64,000 nucleotides of DNA, from contig NW_005202427.1 of the NCBI RefSeq assembly GCF_000372725.1, forward strand, positions 1,152,459-1,216,458. The letters are read 5' to 3'. A program made the translations under genes and the position numbers. This document shows positions 23,268 through 36,282 of the stretch, in pieces. The stretch comes from Emiliania huxleyi CCMP1516. Its lineage: Eukaryota. The notes beneath the pieces were generated by a model. That model was not told where the DNA came from, ran no database searches, and saw nothing but the letters and a program-made list of their open reading frames with translations. Each line of letters begins with the position of its first letter. Within the stretch, counting starts at the first letter, position 1.

Positions 23268-23988
23268 GCGAAGGGGGAGCAGAGCAGGTTGTCAATGAGC
23301 CTGTCTGGGGGGGGGGCAATGCCTCGCCGTCCTCGCATGAATCTCGAAGGCGGCTCCAAAGGTGTGTCTGTCCATGCGCAATGGAAAGGGGGGGGGGGGG
23401 GGCACCTACGGCTTTAGAGCTGTGCCGTGTGCCGTGACGTGTGCGGTCTGTCTCTGTGTGACGTGACGCACGTCTCACGTGTATTTGCTCTCGTCGGAGA
23501 TGATCAATTTGATAAAAAATACACCCACGCGAGAGAGGGCGGCATTGCACTCGCGACTTGGGAAGCTTTGGGGGGTCTACAGTGCACAGAGGCAAGAGGC
23601 CAAACCGGCCAGGGGGCAGGCAGCCAGAGACACTGAGGGCTACCCGAGCCCATCGGAGCGGCCCCTTGCCACGCCCCGGGTGAGGCCACGCAGATGCACA
23701 TGCGGACCGAGCGCTTGGAGAAAGGTGGAGGACGAGCGAGCAGAGCAGCCGCGGCGCGCGTATGGTCTCGATCTGACAGAGCGGACGATGAGCGAGGATG
23801 CACCGTGCAGAATGGCTCTGGGTTGGACAAAACCCTAGGTATAAAAAGGAAATAATTTATGCACGGTGGGTGGGACGGTCGAGGTAAATTTCCTGTCTTT
23901 TTATTCGCACACACGTCATCAACAGTGTTTGTATCGCGGCGGGGGGCCGCTCCTTCGCCGCTCCTTCCTCACCGCTGCTCTCACGGAA

Positions 23989-24555
23989 ATGCGCCTTCTC
24001 CTCTCGCTCCTCGTCGGGCTCGCGGCGTGCGAGGACTGGGCGGACTCGCCGGCCCTCACAAAGATGTGGGAGACGACGAGCAGCAGCGACCTGGACGGGC
24101 TGATCCAGGTGCTCGCTCAGGGCGGCCGCGACATGGCGCACGCGCGCTCGGCCGATGGGCGCGGGCCGCTCTTCTGGGCGTACGAGTACAAGAACTCGGA
24201 CGTGCTCGCGCTGCTCACGCACCTGGAGGTCGACGAGACCGCCGAGGACGCCGACGGCAAGCGGCCGAGCGAGTTCTTCCCGGACGGCGAGGAGGAGCTC
24301 GCGGGTGTGTGGCGACAGATCCGCCGCTGCGGGCCCGAACGCGGCCCACCCCACGCACCCAGTCCCGCCCCTCGTCCGCCCGCCGCGCGCAGACTTTGGC
24401 GCCAAAGCCTCTGCGAGGAGCGAGGACATGGCGGAGCTGCTCAAGGACCGCGAGGACGAGATTGCAACCTACTACGAGTCGGCCGACGACGGGATGGACG
24501 AGCCGGAGATGGCGGAGGGGGGCGTCGACGAGATCGACTACGCCGACGACGAGGA

Positions 24556-24589
<34 letters not shown>

Positions 24590-24664
24590 GCGTCGGGCGC
24601 GACGGCCGCGCACAAGGCGAAGCTGGAGGAGCTGCGGGCGCGGGCCCGAAAGGACGAGATATAG
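23989..24664 (+). CDS. Small ER-lumenal ankyrin-like protein; intron 24305-24392
   Basis: Signal peptide MRLLLSLLVGLAAC, RSADGRGPLFWAYEY...DADGKRP, acidic tract, terminal KDEI*. Confidence 0.8.
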
Positions 24665-25076
24665 GCTGGGACGAGGGTGCGCGTCGATGGGCCGGGTCGC
24701 CGCGTTGGTCCGAGGCTCGCACGCAGGCGGCTCCATGCGCGGCGGTGGGGAGAGCGCGCCGCAGGGCGCAGCCACGCTGCCGGAGGGTGTGAGGCTGTGG
24801 ACGGACCCCGGATAGCCCAGAACATCTAGCTGAGCTTGCTGGGTAGAGTGCGTCGGAGTTCGCAAATGGCCACCGGAGCGCTTTGAGTACGAGGACCTCG
24901 GTGAACTCGGGCAGAAAACACATCATTGGAACGAGTCGGATCGACGTCTCGCCGCCTGCACCAGCGTGTGCGCCTCACAATTCTATACAGAATCGACACT
25001 TGGTACGTCTTCTGAATCGCTCGTGGTTCGTGGAGAGGAGCTACGCCTACGGCCATTCCTAAGTAACACGGTCCGA

Positions 25077-25083
25077 GAGAGAG

Positions 25084-25117
<34 letters not shown>
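25077..25117. repeat. (GA)n/(TC)n microsatellite with inverted junction
   Basis: Visible. Confidence 0.85.
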
Positions 25118-25118
<1 letters not shown>

Positions 25119-25331
25119 ACACGGTCCTCCTCCAGTAACCGCCCACGCTCGCGCACACCGATCTCGCTACTGTACGCGTCGGGGAGCGGCATGCTCTGCG
25201 CGCGGCGAGGTTGGACCGTCATAAATTGTATTTTTCGATTTTTCTTTTCTGTGAGACAGACTTGCATTCTTTAATTCTTTTCTGAAGGCAGCCCGCGACG
25301 CAGGTCTGCAGCACCTCCGCCGCCCCTTGCC

Positions 25332-27458
25332 ATGGCGTCCACGGACTTGACGGCTACCGTGGGCAAGTACCTCGACCGGCACATGCTCCTGCCCCTGCTC
25401 GACTTCCTGGGATCGAAGAAGATCTTCCCCGACTCGGAGCTCGACGCCGCGCGGCTGCAGGTGCTGGAGAAGACAAACATGGTCGACTTTGCGATGGAGA
25501 TCTACACAAAGCTGAACCAGGGAGAGGTGCCCGCCGAGATGCGGGCGAAGCGCGACGAGGTGATGACCGCCCTCACGGCGCTGCAGCTCGAGGTTGGCCC
25601 GCTGTACCAGATCGTCTCGGACGGGCCGCTCGTCGCAAACCTGCGCGCGGAGCGGTGCTTCACGCCGGCGTTCCTGCTGGAGCAGCACAGCGTGACCGCG
25701 GAGCACGTCGCGGCGCTGGGCAAGTACGCCAAGTTCACCTACGACTGCGGCAACTACGGCGCCGCTGCGAGCATGCTGAGCTGTTTCCGGCTGCTGACCA
25801 GCTCTGCCGACGAGGCCTTCTCGGCACAGTGGGGGAAGCTTGCGTGCGACATCCTGAACGGTGCGTGGGACGCGGCGCTGGAGNNNNNNNNNNNNNNNNN
25901 NNNNNNNNNNNNNNNNNNNNNNNNNNNNNNNNNNNNNNNNNNNNNNNNNNNNNNNNNNNNNNNNNNNNNNNNNNNNNNNNNNNNNNNNNNNNNNNNNNNN
26001 NNNNNNNNNNNNNNNNNNNNNNNNNNNNNNNNNNNNNNNNNNNNNNNNNNNNNNNNNNNNNNNNNNNNNNNNNNNNNNNNNNNNNNNNNNNNNNNNNNNN
26101 NNNNNNNNNNNNNNNNNNNNNNNNNNNNNNNNNNNNNNNNNNNNNNNNNNNNNNNNNNNNNNNNNNNNNNNNNNNNNNNNNNNNNNNNNNNNNNNNNNNN
26201 NNNNNNNNNNNNNNNNNNNNNNNNNNNNNNNNNNNNNNNNNNNNNNNNNNNNNNNNNNNNNNNNNNNNNNNNNNNNNNNNNNNNNNNNNNNNNNNNNNNN
26301 NNNNNNNNNNNNNNNNNNNNNNNNNNNNNNNNNNNNNNNNNNNNNNNNNNNNNNNNNNNNNNNNNNNNNNNNNNNNNNNNNNNNNNNNNNNNNNNNNNNN
26401 NNNNNNNNNNNNNNNNNNNNNNNNNNNNNNNNNNNNNNNNNNNNNNNNNNNNNNNNNNNNNNNNNNNNNNNNNNNNNNNNNNNNNNNNNNNNNNNNNNNN
26501 NNNNNNNNNNNNNNNNNNNNNNNNNNNNNNNNNNNNNNNNNNNNNNNNNNNNNNNNNNNNNNNNNNNNNNNNNNNNNNNNNNNNNNNNNNNNNNNNNNNN
26601 NNNNNNNNNNNNNTTCCCCACCCTTGCTCCGATAGTTGTTTGTAGGGGTCGTCCCCACCCCAGGGCAGAGAAGGGGCGGGGATAACTCCCCCCCCCCCCC
26701 CCTGCCTACACACACTCGCCGCCCACCCACCCAGCCGAGCCGCCGCAGGTCACGTCCTTTCTGAACACTTCCGAGACACTCCCGAGACACTTCCTCCACC
26801 CTACTCGGACCCGCAGGTCACGTCCTTTCTGGACGACCTCTACGGCAGCGCAAACTTTGAGAGCGCGCAGGAGCGGCTGGCGGCGTGCGCGGCGACGCTC
26901 GACTCCGACTTCTTCCTCTGCAACGCCGAGGGCGACTTTGTCAAGTACGCGCGCCTCCACCTCTTCGAGGGCTACTGCCGCATCCACGAGCGGATCGACC
27001 TCGGCTCCCTCGCGCAGAAGCTTGGCACACGCCGCCCTAGATCCGCACACACGCCCTCTCGTACTCCAGCCAGCGCTCGAGAGGACACGCACTCCGCCGT
27101 ACTCACTGCCTCTCGCAGCCCCTCGTACTCACGCGGTGCCCTGGAGACTGCCCACAGTGCCCTCTTCCCGCCCTCATGTCTGCGCACCCACCGCGCAGGC
27201 ATGGAGCGGATCGCCGCCGAAAAGTGGATCGTCAAGATGGTCTCGGACGCGCAGCTCAACGCAAAGATCGACTCAAAGTCTAGCCACGTCATCCTCGGCG
27301 CCCAGCCGCCCGACGTGTACCAGCAAGTCATCGAGAGGACAAAGGGCCTCTCCTTCCGCTCCTACGTCCTCGCACAGAACCTGCAGCAGCGCGAGCAGCA
27401 GGCAGCGCGCGCGGCCAAAGTCGAGCTGCAGGAGGCGGCGGCGGCCGCGGCGCAGTGA
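25332..27458 (+). CDS. EIF3E: Translation initiation factor 3 subunit E (Int6), interrupted by an assembly gap
   Basis: DLT..VGKYLDRHMLLPLLDFL, TNMVDFAM, YAKF.YDCGNY, WGKLACDIL, ARLHLFEGYCRIH, AEKWIV.MV.DAQLNAKIDS, VYQQVIERTK.LSFRS. Confidence 0.95.
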
Positions 27459-27876
27459 GGCAGCGAGCTCGGGTCGCGCCCGCGCGCGAGGCACACGGCC
27501 GGCAGAGATTCGGTTGTGGAAGAAGATGCCGGCGTTGTCGCGGTTGCCGCCGCCCCGCGGCCCGTGCTTGCAGCTTCGGCTTGGGCTTCCGCGCGCCTTT
27601 TGCCTGACACGCCCACACCGATCACCGTGGAGTCGTCGTGTCTTGCCCCGCATGTCGAGATGACAGATGTTAAAACAGACACGAGACAGTCAGAAATAAA
27701 ACCCACTTGATGCTGTGTCTGCCTATCGCTCGCCGGTCGGACTCTAGATCGACTATCTCACTGTGCGTCCCCGTTCCCGCGTTCGCCGTTCTCGAGCGAG
27801 CGTTTCAGGCTCTCGAGCGGGGCACGGGGTTCGCCGCCGGTTCGGGGTGTGGCGTGTGCCAGGGGCGAAAACAAGC

Positions 27877-30429
27877 TCAAAAGTAGAACGCGAGGTCGTC
27901 GTCGTCCGCCTGCTTGTCGCCGCCGAGGTTGTCGCCGTCCTCCTCCGACGCAGCTTGCTCGTTGAGGCGCCTCGCTCCCTCGAGCCAGTCGTTGACTATG
28001 GAGGCAACCATCTCGGGACCGCTGCCGCCCGCGCCTTGGCCGCCGCCGCCGCCGCCGCCCTCGCCGCCCGCGCCAAAGGAATGGCCCGCGCCGTCGACGA
28101 GCCTCAACCCGTGCCTCCCTCCGGCCAAGTGTTGCCTGTGGTACATGCGCGCCCGCAGCACCGCCACGTGTTCGTCTGCCTGCAGGACATGTCCCGGACA
28201 CGTCATGGGCGTGTCGTGGACACTGCCCGCAGCGCCGGCTGCTGCGCCTGCAGGAAGCGCATCACGATGTGTAGCTCCTCGGCACCCGCCTCGAGCGAGT
28301 CGCCGCCGAAGGCGCTGTAGCCGGCGTCTCCCGCGTCGTCCTCCCCTTCGCCGCTGCCTGCGGCGGCGGCGAGGCGGCGGACCGAAGCTGGCACGAACGC
28401 GAGCGAGAGGAAGTGCAGCCTCGCCTGCAGATCGTGTGCGAGGGCGCGCGAGCTCGCCGACGGGCCATGCAGCAGCACGAGCATCCCTGCCTTGCGGAAG
28501 GCCTCGTCGGCGAAGGTGTACGAACCGCACAGCCGGCCGACCGTCTCCATCTCGCCTCGAGGCCCGGACGGCAGCCTCATCTCCGAGACGGGCGCCTGTT
28601 CACAGCCGGAGGTGTGAAGAGGCGCCGTTCTCAGCCTCATCTCCGAGACGGGGGCGGCGCCTCGCTCTTGCGCGCGCGCCGTGGCGGCACGCGCCGCGCC
28701 GCGCCGCCCCGCATAGGCGCCCCACCCGCCCTCGGCTGCAGCAGCAGCGTCGCTCCGGCGGCGAGTCCGGCCGCCCGCAGCGTGGCTGCCTCGTCCTCGA
28801 GCTCGCGCGGCGGCAGCGAGGAGCGGTCCACGAGGGCGTACTTGCCGATGAGCTCGTCGACGTCGAGCTTGAGGACCGCCGCGAGCCAGCCGAGCACCTG
28901 TCCGCAGCCGGAGGTGTGACGAGGCGCCGTTCACAGCTTGAGGACCGCCGCGAGCCAGCCGAGCACCTGTCCGCAGCCGGAGGTGTGACGAGGCGCCGTT
29001 CACAGCTTGAGGACCGCCGCGAGCCAGCCGAGCACCTGTCCGCAGCCGGAGGTGTGACGAGGCGCCGTTCACAGCTTGAGGACCGCCGCGAGCCAAGCCG
29101 AGCACCGCCCAGACGGGCGGTCTCCCGCCCTGCCACGCCGCCTGCACGACGCCTCCCGCGGGCAGACGGACAGAGAAACGCTCCCGCCGGGCAGACGCGT
29201 CGCTGCTCGGGGGCAAGCTGTGCAGCGCCGACCAACCGCCAGCCGCATCGGCGCCGCCCTCGTCTGCCGCAACCTCGCTGCCGCCGCCGCCAAGCCCTCT
29301 AGCTGCACCGCCTCCCGGCGGCGGCACGGACGGAGCTGGCGCGGCCTTCTCGGGCGGTGCGGCCTCGGGCGGTGCAAACGGCCTGCGCGCCTGCCTGTGC
29401 GCGCGGTCTGCGCGAGCCTCGGCGAGCAGCAGCGCCTTCTCCGCCTCGCGCTGCCGCCGCTCGGTCGCGAGTGCGCGGGTGCGCTCGCTGCGGCCCGCCG
29501 CCGCCGCCGCCTCGTCCGCCTCTGGCGACGCGGTACTCTTCTTTGCCGCTGCACGCCTGCGGGGGGGACGGAACGGCGGTGGGGAGGCGAGAGGCGCGCC
29601 GCAAGCCTTGGGGGGGGGGGGGGGGGGCGAAGCCCCCCGGCCCGGCGTGGCCCGCTTTCCCCGCATGGGGTTTTGCCGCCGCCGCCGCCTTGGCCGCCGC
29701 CGCCTTGTTTCCAGGCGGCGGCGGCCNNNNNNNNNNNNNNNNNNNNNNNNNNNNNNNNNNNNNNNNNNNNNNNNNNNNNNNNNNNNNNNNNNNNNNNNNN
29801 NNNNNNNNNNNNNNNNNNNNNNNNNNGGCGGCCTCTGCCTCGGCCGCAGCCTCGCCGGCCCGCCGCGCCTCCTCGGCGCGCGCGGCTGCAGCCAGCCTGC
29901 GCCCCGCCTCGGCCGCCGCCGCGAGCCGACCCGGCGGCGGCTCGCGCAGGTCGGGCGGAGGCCCATCGGCGGCGGCCGCGGCGGAGGCTGCGTGGGAAGC
30001 CTCGGACTGCAGCTGCTCGAGCGCGCGCGCCGCAGCCTCTGCGGGCGGCAGGCCGCTGCTCAGGAGCTCCGCGAAGCGCGAGCGCAGCCGCTCCTCTGCG
30101 GTGGCGGCGGCGTCCGGCGCCAGCGGCGGAGGCTGCGGCGGTGCCGGCGCCGCAGCGGCCGGCTCCACGGGTGGTGGCGGGTCCAGTGTGATCGGAGAGG
30201 GAGGAGGATCAGGCGGCGATGGCGCTGCCGAATGTGGAGGCCGCGCCAGACCTTCCTGCAGTCGAAGTGCCTCCGCCGGCGTGAAGCCCAGCTCAGCGAG
30301 GGAGTCAACGAGGAGATCGGCTCGCATCGAGGCGAGGAGGCTGAAGGTGAGCTCCTCCTCCTCGAGAAGTGAGCGGTGGTGGTCGAGCTGCAGCTCCGAG
30401 AGGAGGCGGGCTAGTAAGCTGTCGCTCAT
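27877..30429 (-). CDS. Multi-exon protein with N-terminal SAM-like domain and UBX/ubiquitin-like domain
   Basis: LLSELQLDHHRSLLEEEELTFSLL...LAELGF...EALRL (SAM-like), coiled coil, RFSVRLPAGGVVQA and ATLRAAGLAAGATLLL (UBX-like). Spans an N-gap. Confidence 0.6.
28866..29095 (-). repeat. 69-bp tandem repeat x3+ (exon-start copy + filler + CAG)
   Basis: AGCTTGAGGACC units start at 28866, 28935, 29004 and 29073. Confidence 0.95.
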
Positions 30430-32103
30430 TTTCGGCCCGCACCTCCAGTATCGTAGTCTTTGTTAGTATCGAGGTCTCGCGAGTTTTGGGGGTTCTCGGC
30501 GCCGCGACAGCGCTGCGAGCCGCGCGATGCCACGGCGCTCGGCCTGCTGAGAGAAGAGCTTCCCGGACGGCAGTGACAAGTTACCCGACATCAATCGTCG
30601 ACGGCAACCTCGAGAACTGCGCCTCCAAAGTCGCCCAGATTCGCCTCTCGCGGCACGCTGAGTTAGTATCGCCGGTGCGCCAGCAGGCTCTGCTCCACAG
30701 CAGGGCATGCCCGACTGGCTCCTGCTAGCCGTGCGTCCTGGTGGCATCCATTGCCAGCTCAGGTAGCCTCAGGAGGTCGCCTCGCGCACGACGCGGCGTC
30801 GCACAGCACCGCTCAGCGTTACTACCGAGTTAGTATCGTCGACCCACAGAGACTGCTCTTCTGTAGGTGGAGCCGACAAACGCCGGCCGGGTCGGCGCCG
30901 CCGCCCCCATCGCCGCCGCCGGGGCGGCGGCGGCCTCGGCGGACCATCCGGCGCGCCGCGCGCCCGTCGGGGAGGTGTTCACCACCCCTGGCTCCTCACC
31001 CCGCCACGCCTTCGTGCGGACGCCGTGGCACCCACCTCAGGCGCCGCTCGGACTCGGTTGACGGCCACCCAAGTGCTTGGCTCATGCCAAGCCGACCGGC
31101 AGGCGATTCCCAGTCACTGCTAGGCTAATCTCGGGCTGTCCTGCGTCAGTGTGGTGCCGTGAGGGGCGCCGCCCCCAAAACTACGATCGTTAGTACCGTG
31201 CGGGGGCAGTGCATTTAATTCTGTCAAAAATCCAAATCTGCTCCGTGGCGCTTATTGGGCTAGGATCATACGTCCGGGAGGCCCCCCATGCGTGCCGTAA
31301 CGATCGACAGCGATCTGGCTACTCTGTTCACGTTCACACCTCGTAAACCCCCCATTACCCCGATACAGGAGGCAGTGTTGTTCGCGGGGCGAAAGAATTC
31401 CCGTCGTGGTAGTACAACTGTAGGCACCGGCGTTTCGGCGACAAACAGGACCGCGAAGAAGTGGCGGTGGACATGCTCCCACGGTGCCGGCTCGGCCGGA
31501 CAGCCGGAGTGGCCGGCGCTGCTCGCCGCGACCATGACGGCTACTCTGATGCTCCGGGCGACCCGTCCTACCCGACGGTGGCGCACTTACACGTCTCGCT
31601 CACGCTGAGAAAAAATCTGAAGCGGCGTGCAGCAGTGAGCAGAGTCACCAACGAGTCGCGTGCCTCCTCGTGCTCCGCACCGTTCTTACCCATCCATAAA
31701 ACTCACTTTGACCTCACTGAAGCGATGCTTCTTCAACCCCTGCCTGAATCCAAAGCGCAAAGGTTTTAGAGATTAGGACGCTGCGGATCCCCGACCTAAT
31801 TCTATGGGATGTCTCCCGGTGCCGACAGCTGGGGTTCACGCAGTGTGCGGACTCGCCGCTGGCTCGCTCGATCGTCGACGACGCTGGCTCCTGGCTTGCA
31901 CTCTGAGACGTGAGAACACATACGCTTGGGTTCCCCTATGTTTTCATGAATCATGAAAGACGAATCTAGAATCACCCCGGAGCCGGGTTCTTTTTTGCAT
32001 TTTGGAATTTTCAACATGTGAGATGTGTGTGCCTCCGCTTCACACTTTTTAGGCGTCCACAGACAAGACACAACGCCGGTCACACATATGTCTGAGGTGT
32101 TCT

Positions 32104-33715
32104 TTATTGCGGCGCTGCGTGTGTGCGGGCGCCTCGGGCGCGACAGAGCGGCGAGGTGTCGGCGCGGTCGGTGGGGCCCGAGGCGGCGCTCGTTGCGCTC
32201 CCCAGCGGCCACGGCGGCCGGAGGCACGGGTGCTGCGTGCGGAAGCGAATAAGGACCGGCGTGAGAGCGTCCCGCGTCGCCGCCTCGAAGCCGGGCAGGA
32301 GGGGTCGGCGGCTGGCGCGCTCGCGGACGCTCTTCGACTTGCGAGGGTGGAAGGTGAGGGAGCCGTCTGGTCCGGGGTAGCCGCTCGCGCGCCAGTCGTG
32401 GCGCTGCAGGCCCGCGTGCGCGAGGACCCGGTTGAGGAGGGAGGAGGGGCCGGAGGCGAACTCCTATAGCAATCGCTTCATTAATTAATCGCTCGTTGGA
32501 GGAGGGAGGAGGGGGCCGGAGCGCGGAGGAGGCGAGCTCCTCGGTGAAGCCGACGAGGAGGGCGTCGGGCGGGAAGGCGGCGAGCCAGGCGGAGATGACC
32601 GCGGAGTAGTCGAGAACGAGGGGGATGGAGCCTAAGGTAAGGTAAGGTAAGGTAAACTTCTCCACACACACGAGGGGGATGGAGCCTGTGCGGAGAGAGA
32701 CGCAACACGGGCCGAGGTGCGGGGGCGGGGGGGTGCAGGCGAGAGGTGGCGGGGCGTGAGAGAGGCGGAGTCAGTGCGGGGCCACAAGACTCAGTCTGCG
32801 AGTCAGAGAGCCTCCACATCCCAGCCACACCTATCTCAGGGCAGGGTGCGCGCGCGCGTGTTGCGCCTGGGGCCATCCTCAGGGCGTACAGCGCCTCGGC
32901 GTCCCTCGCCACCGCGACTGGCCGCAGCGGCGAGCCGCCCGCCGCACCGCCCGGCTCGAGCCGCAGCAAGCCGGCCCCCGCGGTCAGCATCGACTCGTAG
33001 TCGCGCTCGACGGCGCCGCCGCAGCTCGGCAGCGGCGGCCTGCGCTGGCGGCCGGCCTGGCGGAGGCAGTGCACGAAGCGCGATCGGACGAGGGCGACCG
33101 GATCGCGGAGCAGGAGGACGAGCCGCACCTATGGGGAATATGGGGAGATATGGATATGGGGGAGATGTGAGGCAGCCGGCGGTGCGTCATGATGGAGAGC
33201 ACGCTCGGCATCAGCCGGCGCATGAGGAAGGGCACGTGCCGCTCGATGCCGTTCGCGACGCGGCTCAGGTTGTGCTGTGGCCGCGCGTAGCCGGGCGACT
33301 TTTCAAAGGTGAGGACCCGGCCGATGTGCTCGCGCGGCACGGGGAAGCGGGCGGCGTACTCGCTCCACGACGTGCGCAAGGCGGCCTCGAGGAGCGAGCG
33401 GTGGTGGACCGGGCCGACGACCCCGCCCGGCATCGCGCGAAAGATGCCGTGGTTGAAGTACTGGACTTCGCGGTCGGTGGAGGAGGAGAGGTTGGGGTGC
33501 AGGCTCAGCCAGCCGCGCAGCTCGTCGGTGCCCGCCTTGGCCATCCCAACGCAGACCAGCGACGGCAGGCAGGAGACGGCGGGGACGGTGGCAGGAGACG
33601 GCGTGCTCCCGCCGCTCGGGAGCGTGATGCAGGTGCCCGAGTCAACGGCGCCGGCGTCGTACGCGCTGGTGGCGTCAGAGGGAGAGAGCAGAGGACCGTG
33701 CGTGAACTTGGCCAT
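32104..33715 (-). CDS. PAPS-dependent sulfotransferase (heparan-sulfate-sulfotransferase-like fold), multi-exon
   Basis: 5'-PSB VGMAKAGTDEL..WLSLHP, EVQYFN, FEKSPGY, 3'-PB LVLLLRDP, FTEEF..GP..LLNRVLAHAGL. Start uncertain. Confidence 0.8.
32634..32669 (-). mobile_element. Truncated (TTACC)n-tailed retroposon flanked by an 18-bp duplication
   Basis: ACGAGGGGGATGGAGCCT at 32616-32633 and 32670-32687. Confidence 0.85.
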
Positions 33716-33849
33716 CGCCGTTCACGTAAACGCACAACCCCGGGCCCCGAAATCGCACAGTGATGACATGCATCGCCGTTCAAAAAAACACACTTACGCC
33801 GTTCACGTAAACGCACAACCCCGGGCCCCGAAATCGCACAGTGATGACA
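33716..33849. repeat. About 52-bp direct repeat at the sulfotransferase 5' end
   Basis: CGCCGTTCACGTAAACGCACAACCCCGGGCCCCGAAATCGCACAGTGATGACA occurs twice. Confidence 0.9.
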
Positions 33850-36282
33850 GTGACATGCAACACGGGGTCCCAGCCGTTCACAGTCCTTGTTGAACAAGGG
33901 GGAAAAATACGGCGCCTTGCGCTGGTCTATGAGAGGTTGAGGTGCGAGCCCTGGAGGCCCTGGGGATGGGGGAGACTACCCGCGGGCCTAGAAGGCCCGC
34001 GCGCAGGGGGGTGGGACATTGAGATTGACAAAGGCGGAGGTGGAGGCGGGGAGGCTCGGCGAGCACGGCTGGGAGCGGCAGAGGATTCAGGATCGGTGCA
34101 AGCACTGATCTGAGAAGAGGGATGGCTTTGGTTGGTCACGATCGGGACGGATGACACGTCTGAAGCAGACATGCGGTCCCCCTCGATTCCTGTTTGCTGA
34201 ATGTTGAAGCCCTCTTCGATGCAGTCGCAGGAGTGATAACCCATCGAGGTGGGAGCCGCCTGCGGCATACTGAATCCTCCACCGGTGACACGAGCCGACT
34301 CGTCCCGCTCCCCTCGAGCGGCTCGTTCACCTTCCCAGCCACGCCCTGCACAGCAGCATGGCCATCCTCGTCCTCCTCCTCCTCACTGGACACTGGTAGT
34401 TGTCCCACCCGTCGTCGGAGTCGTCGCCACGGCGCTCGAAGCGGCAGTAGAGCTCCTCTTCCTCTGCTTCCTCTGCTATCTGCTGCGCCAGCTGGTGTCC
34501 CAGTCGTTTCGGAGATAGCCGCGCAGCGGCTATGTAGGTTATCCAACAACGTGAGGAGAGGGGAACAGCAAGCATATCACGTAAACGCCGAAAGCGCGTC
34601 GCCGTCGGCTCGCAGCTTTGGGCCGCTTGCTCAACCCCATCGTCCGAGTCGTGCGCAATCTCGCGTGATGACATCTCGCCCTGATCCCACGCCAGTGGGG
34701 CAGGTGCATCATATCGTCGGCGATGGGGCCTTTCGAGCCGACGTTCCGCCGCACCCAGACGTTCCGTCACAATGCCGCCGCATGCCGCCGCAATGTCGAT
34801 TGCAATGCAGGCAGCGCAGGAACCGTACTGGTGCGGCAAGGAAGAGGCCGGCCCACATGGGCAGACCTCCACTGGGGCTACGTGCAAGACAGTATGCAAC
34901 GTGACGCCCAGAGAGACAGCTCCCCAACCCGCCGCCGCCAAGGCATTGGGCCTGAGGTGGAGCTGTCCGAGGACGGATGACCGAGTCCTCCAGAGGCAAG
35001 CCAGAGGCATGCCAATAGCAAGCCAAAGGTAAGCTGCTGGCGTCCACAGTTGGCGACCTCAGTGTCGACCACAAGGGGCGAGATCACGACGTGGCGTCCC
35101 GACACAAGGGTGCCGACCGGGCGAGAACGCCAGGCGAGCCCCACAGTGGCGTCCATGGCGTGAGGCCAAGGCCGCGCCATGGCGTCCACACAGTCGGGCG
35201 TCCACAATGTGTGACGACCCCATCGTGGCGAACACAAAGAGGCGACCGCTGTGGCGACCAGCGGTACGCCAAAGGGTGCTAGAGGCGTGTCTGGGTAAGC
35301 CGAGGCTTGACAGCCACCTTCGAGGCCTCGTGGCCACCTGTGAGGCTTGTGAGCCATCTCGAGCGAACCTACATGGGCGGTGGGCGCGAGGAGGCAATGG
35401 ACCTCTGACGCATCACAGAGCTCGAGATGACAAGCGTGGCGGAGCTGAGCAGCGCAGCCTGTACAGGCGCTCGCACTGCCAGCCCGCCCTGCCCTCGCCC
35501 CGCCCCCCCGCCCGCCCGCCGGTGGCGGGCCCGTCCTGGCTGTTCCCTTGCAGGAATTGGCACTGGACGAGAGCTGGGGCGGCGTGAACGTGACATACCT
35601 GAGCTGGGGCGGCGTGAACCTAACAAGGTGCACCCAGTTACCGCTGAGCCGCGAGGCGAAGGCAACATGTTCTGGGGTGGGGGCAGGGTCGACCGGGCTC
35701 CCCACACCAGACATGGGTACCAAGGTGCACCGCATCCCCTGCTGCTCCTCTGATTTTCGAGGATTTGTCCCGGCCGGTTCCCCCAGTCTCTCGACCATGA
35801 GAGGAAAGACGTCCGGCGGGCCACATGCGATGGGATCGACGTCTACGACCTTGTCCACGTGTCGACCGTGATCGTGAGATGAGCCATCAGTTGTGTCGGT
35901 CTGCTCAAAAAGGAATAAAAGTAGGACTTGCCTGCTTTGAGTGTTGCTAGTCAGTCATGTTGCTCCGGTTGGCCCGTGGTCAGTCAGAGAGCTCAGACGA
36001 GAGGTCCCGTGCTCTGCGCTTTGTGCGCCGGTGGCGCTGCAGGGGCGACGCTGCTGCAGCGGCGACGCTGCTGCGGTGCTGCGCCTGCACAGTACCTTTG
36101 TGCACAGTGGCAATGACTCCCGGCACTTGATGTCCTCAAATGTCCACAGAGAGTATACTGGTTGTGCTCAGGTTGTGCTACATCAACAGGGTGCAACTGA
36201 GGCTGCAACTAAGGGATGAAACAGCTTTGCAACTGCTGCCCAAGTTTTGTTGATGGGCTGCAACTGCATCCTGCCACCTTGG

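Noticed and set aside
25884..26613. ORFs of X residues (also 29727-29826 and 38317-38488)
   Set aside because: Assembly gaps.
33900..36280. Several 100-330 aa ORFs
   Set aside because: No recognisable motifs or consistent coding pattern; probably decayed repeat or intergenic DNA.
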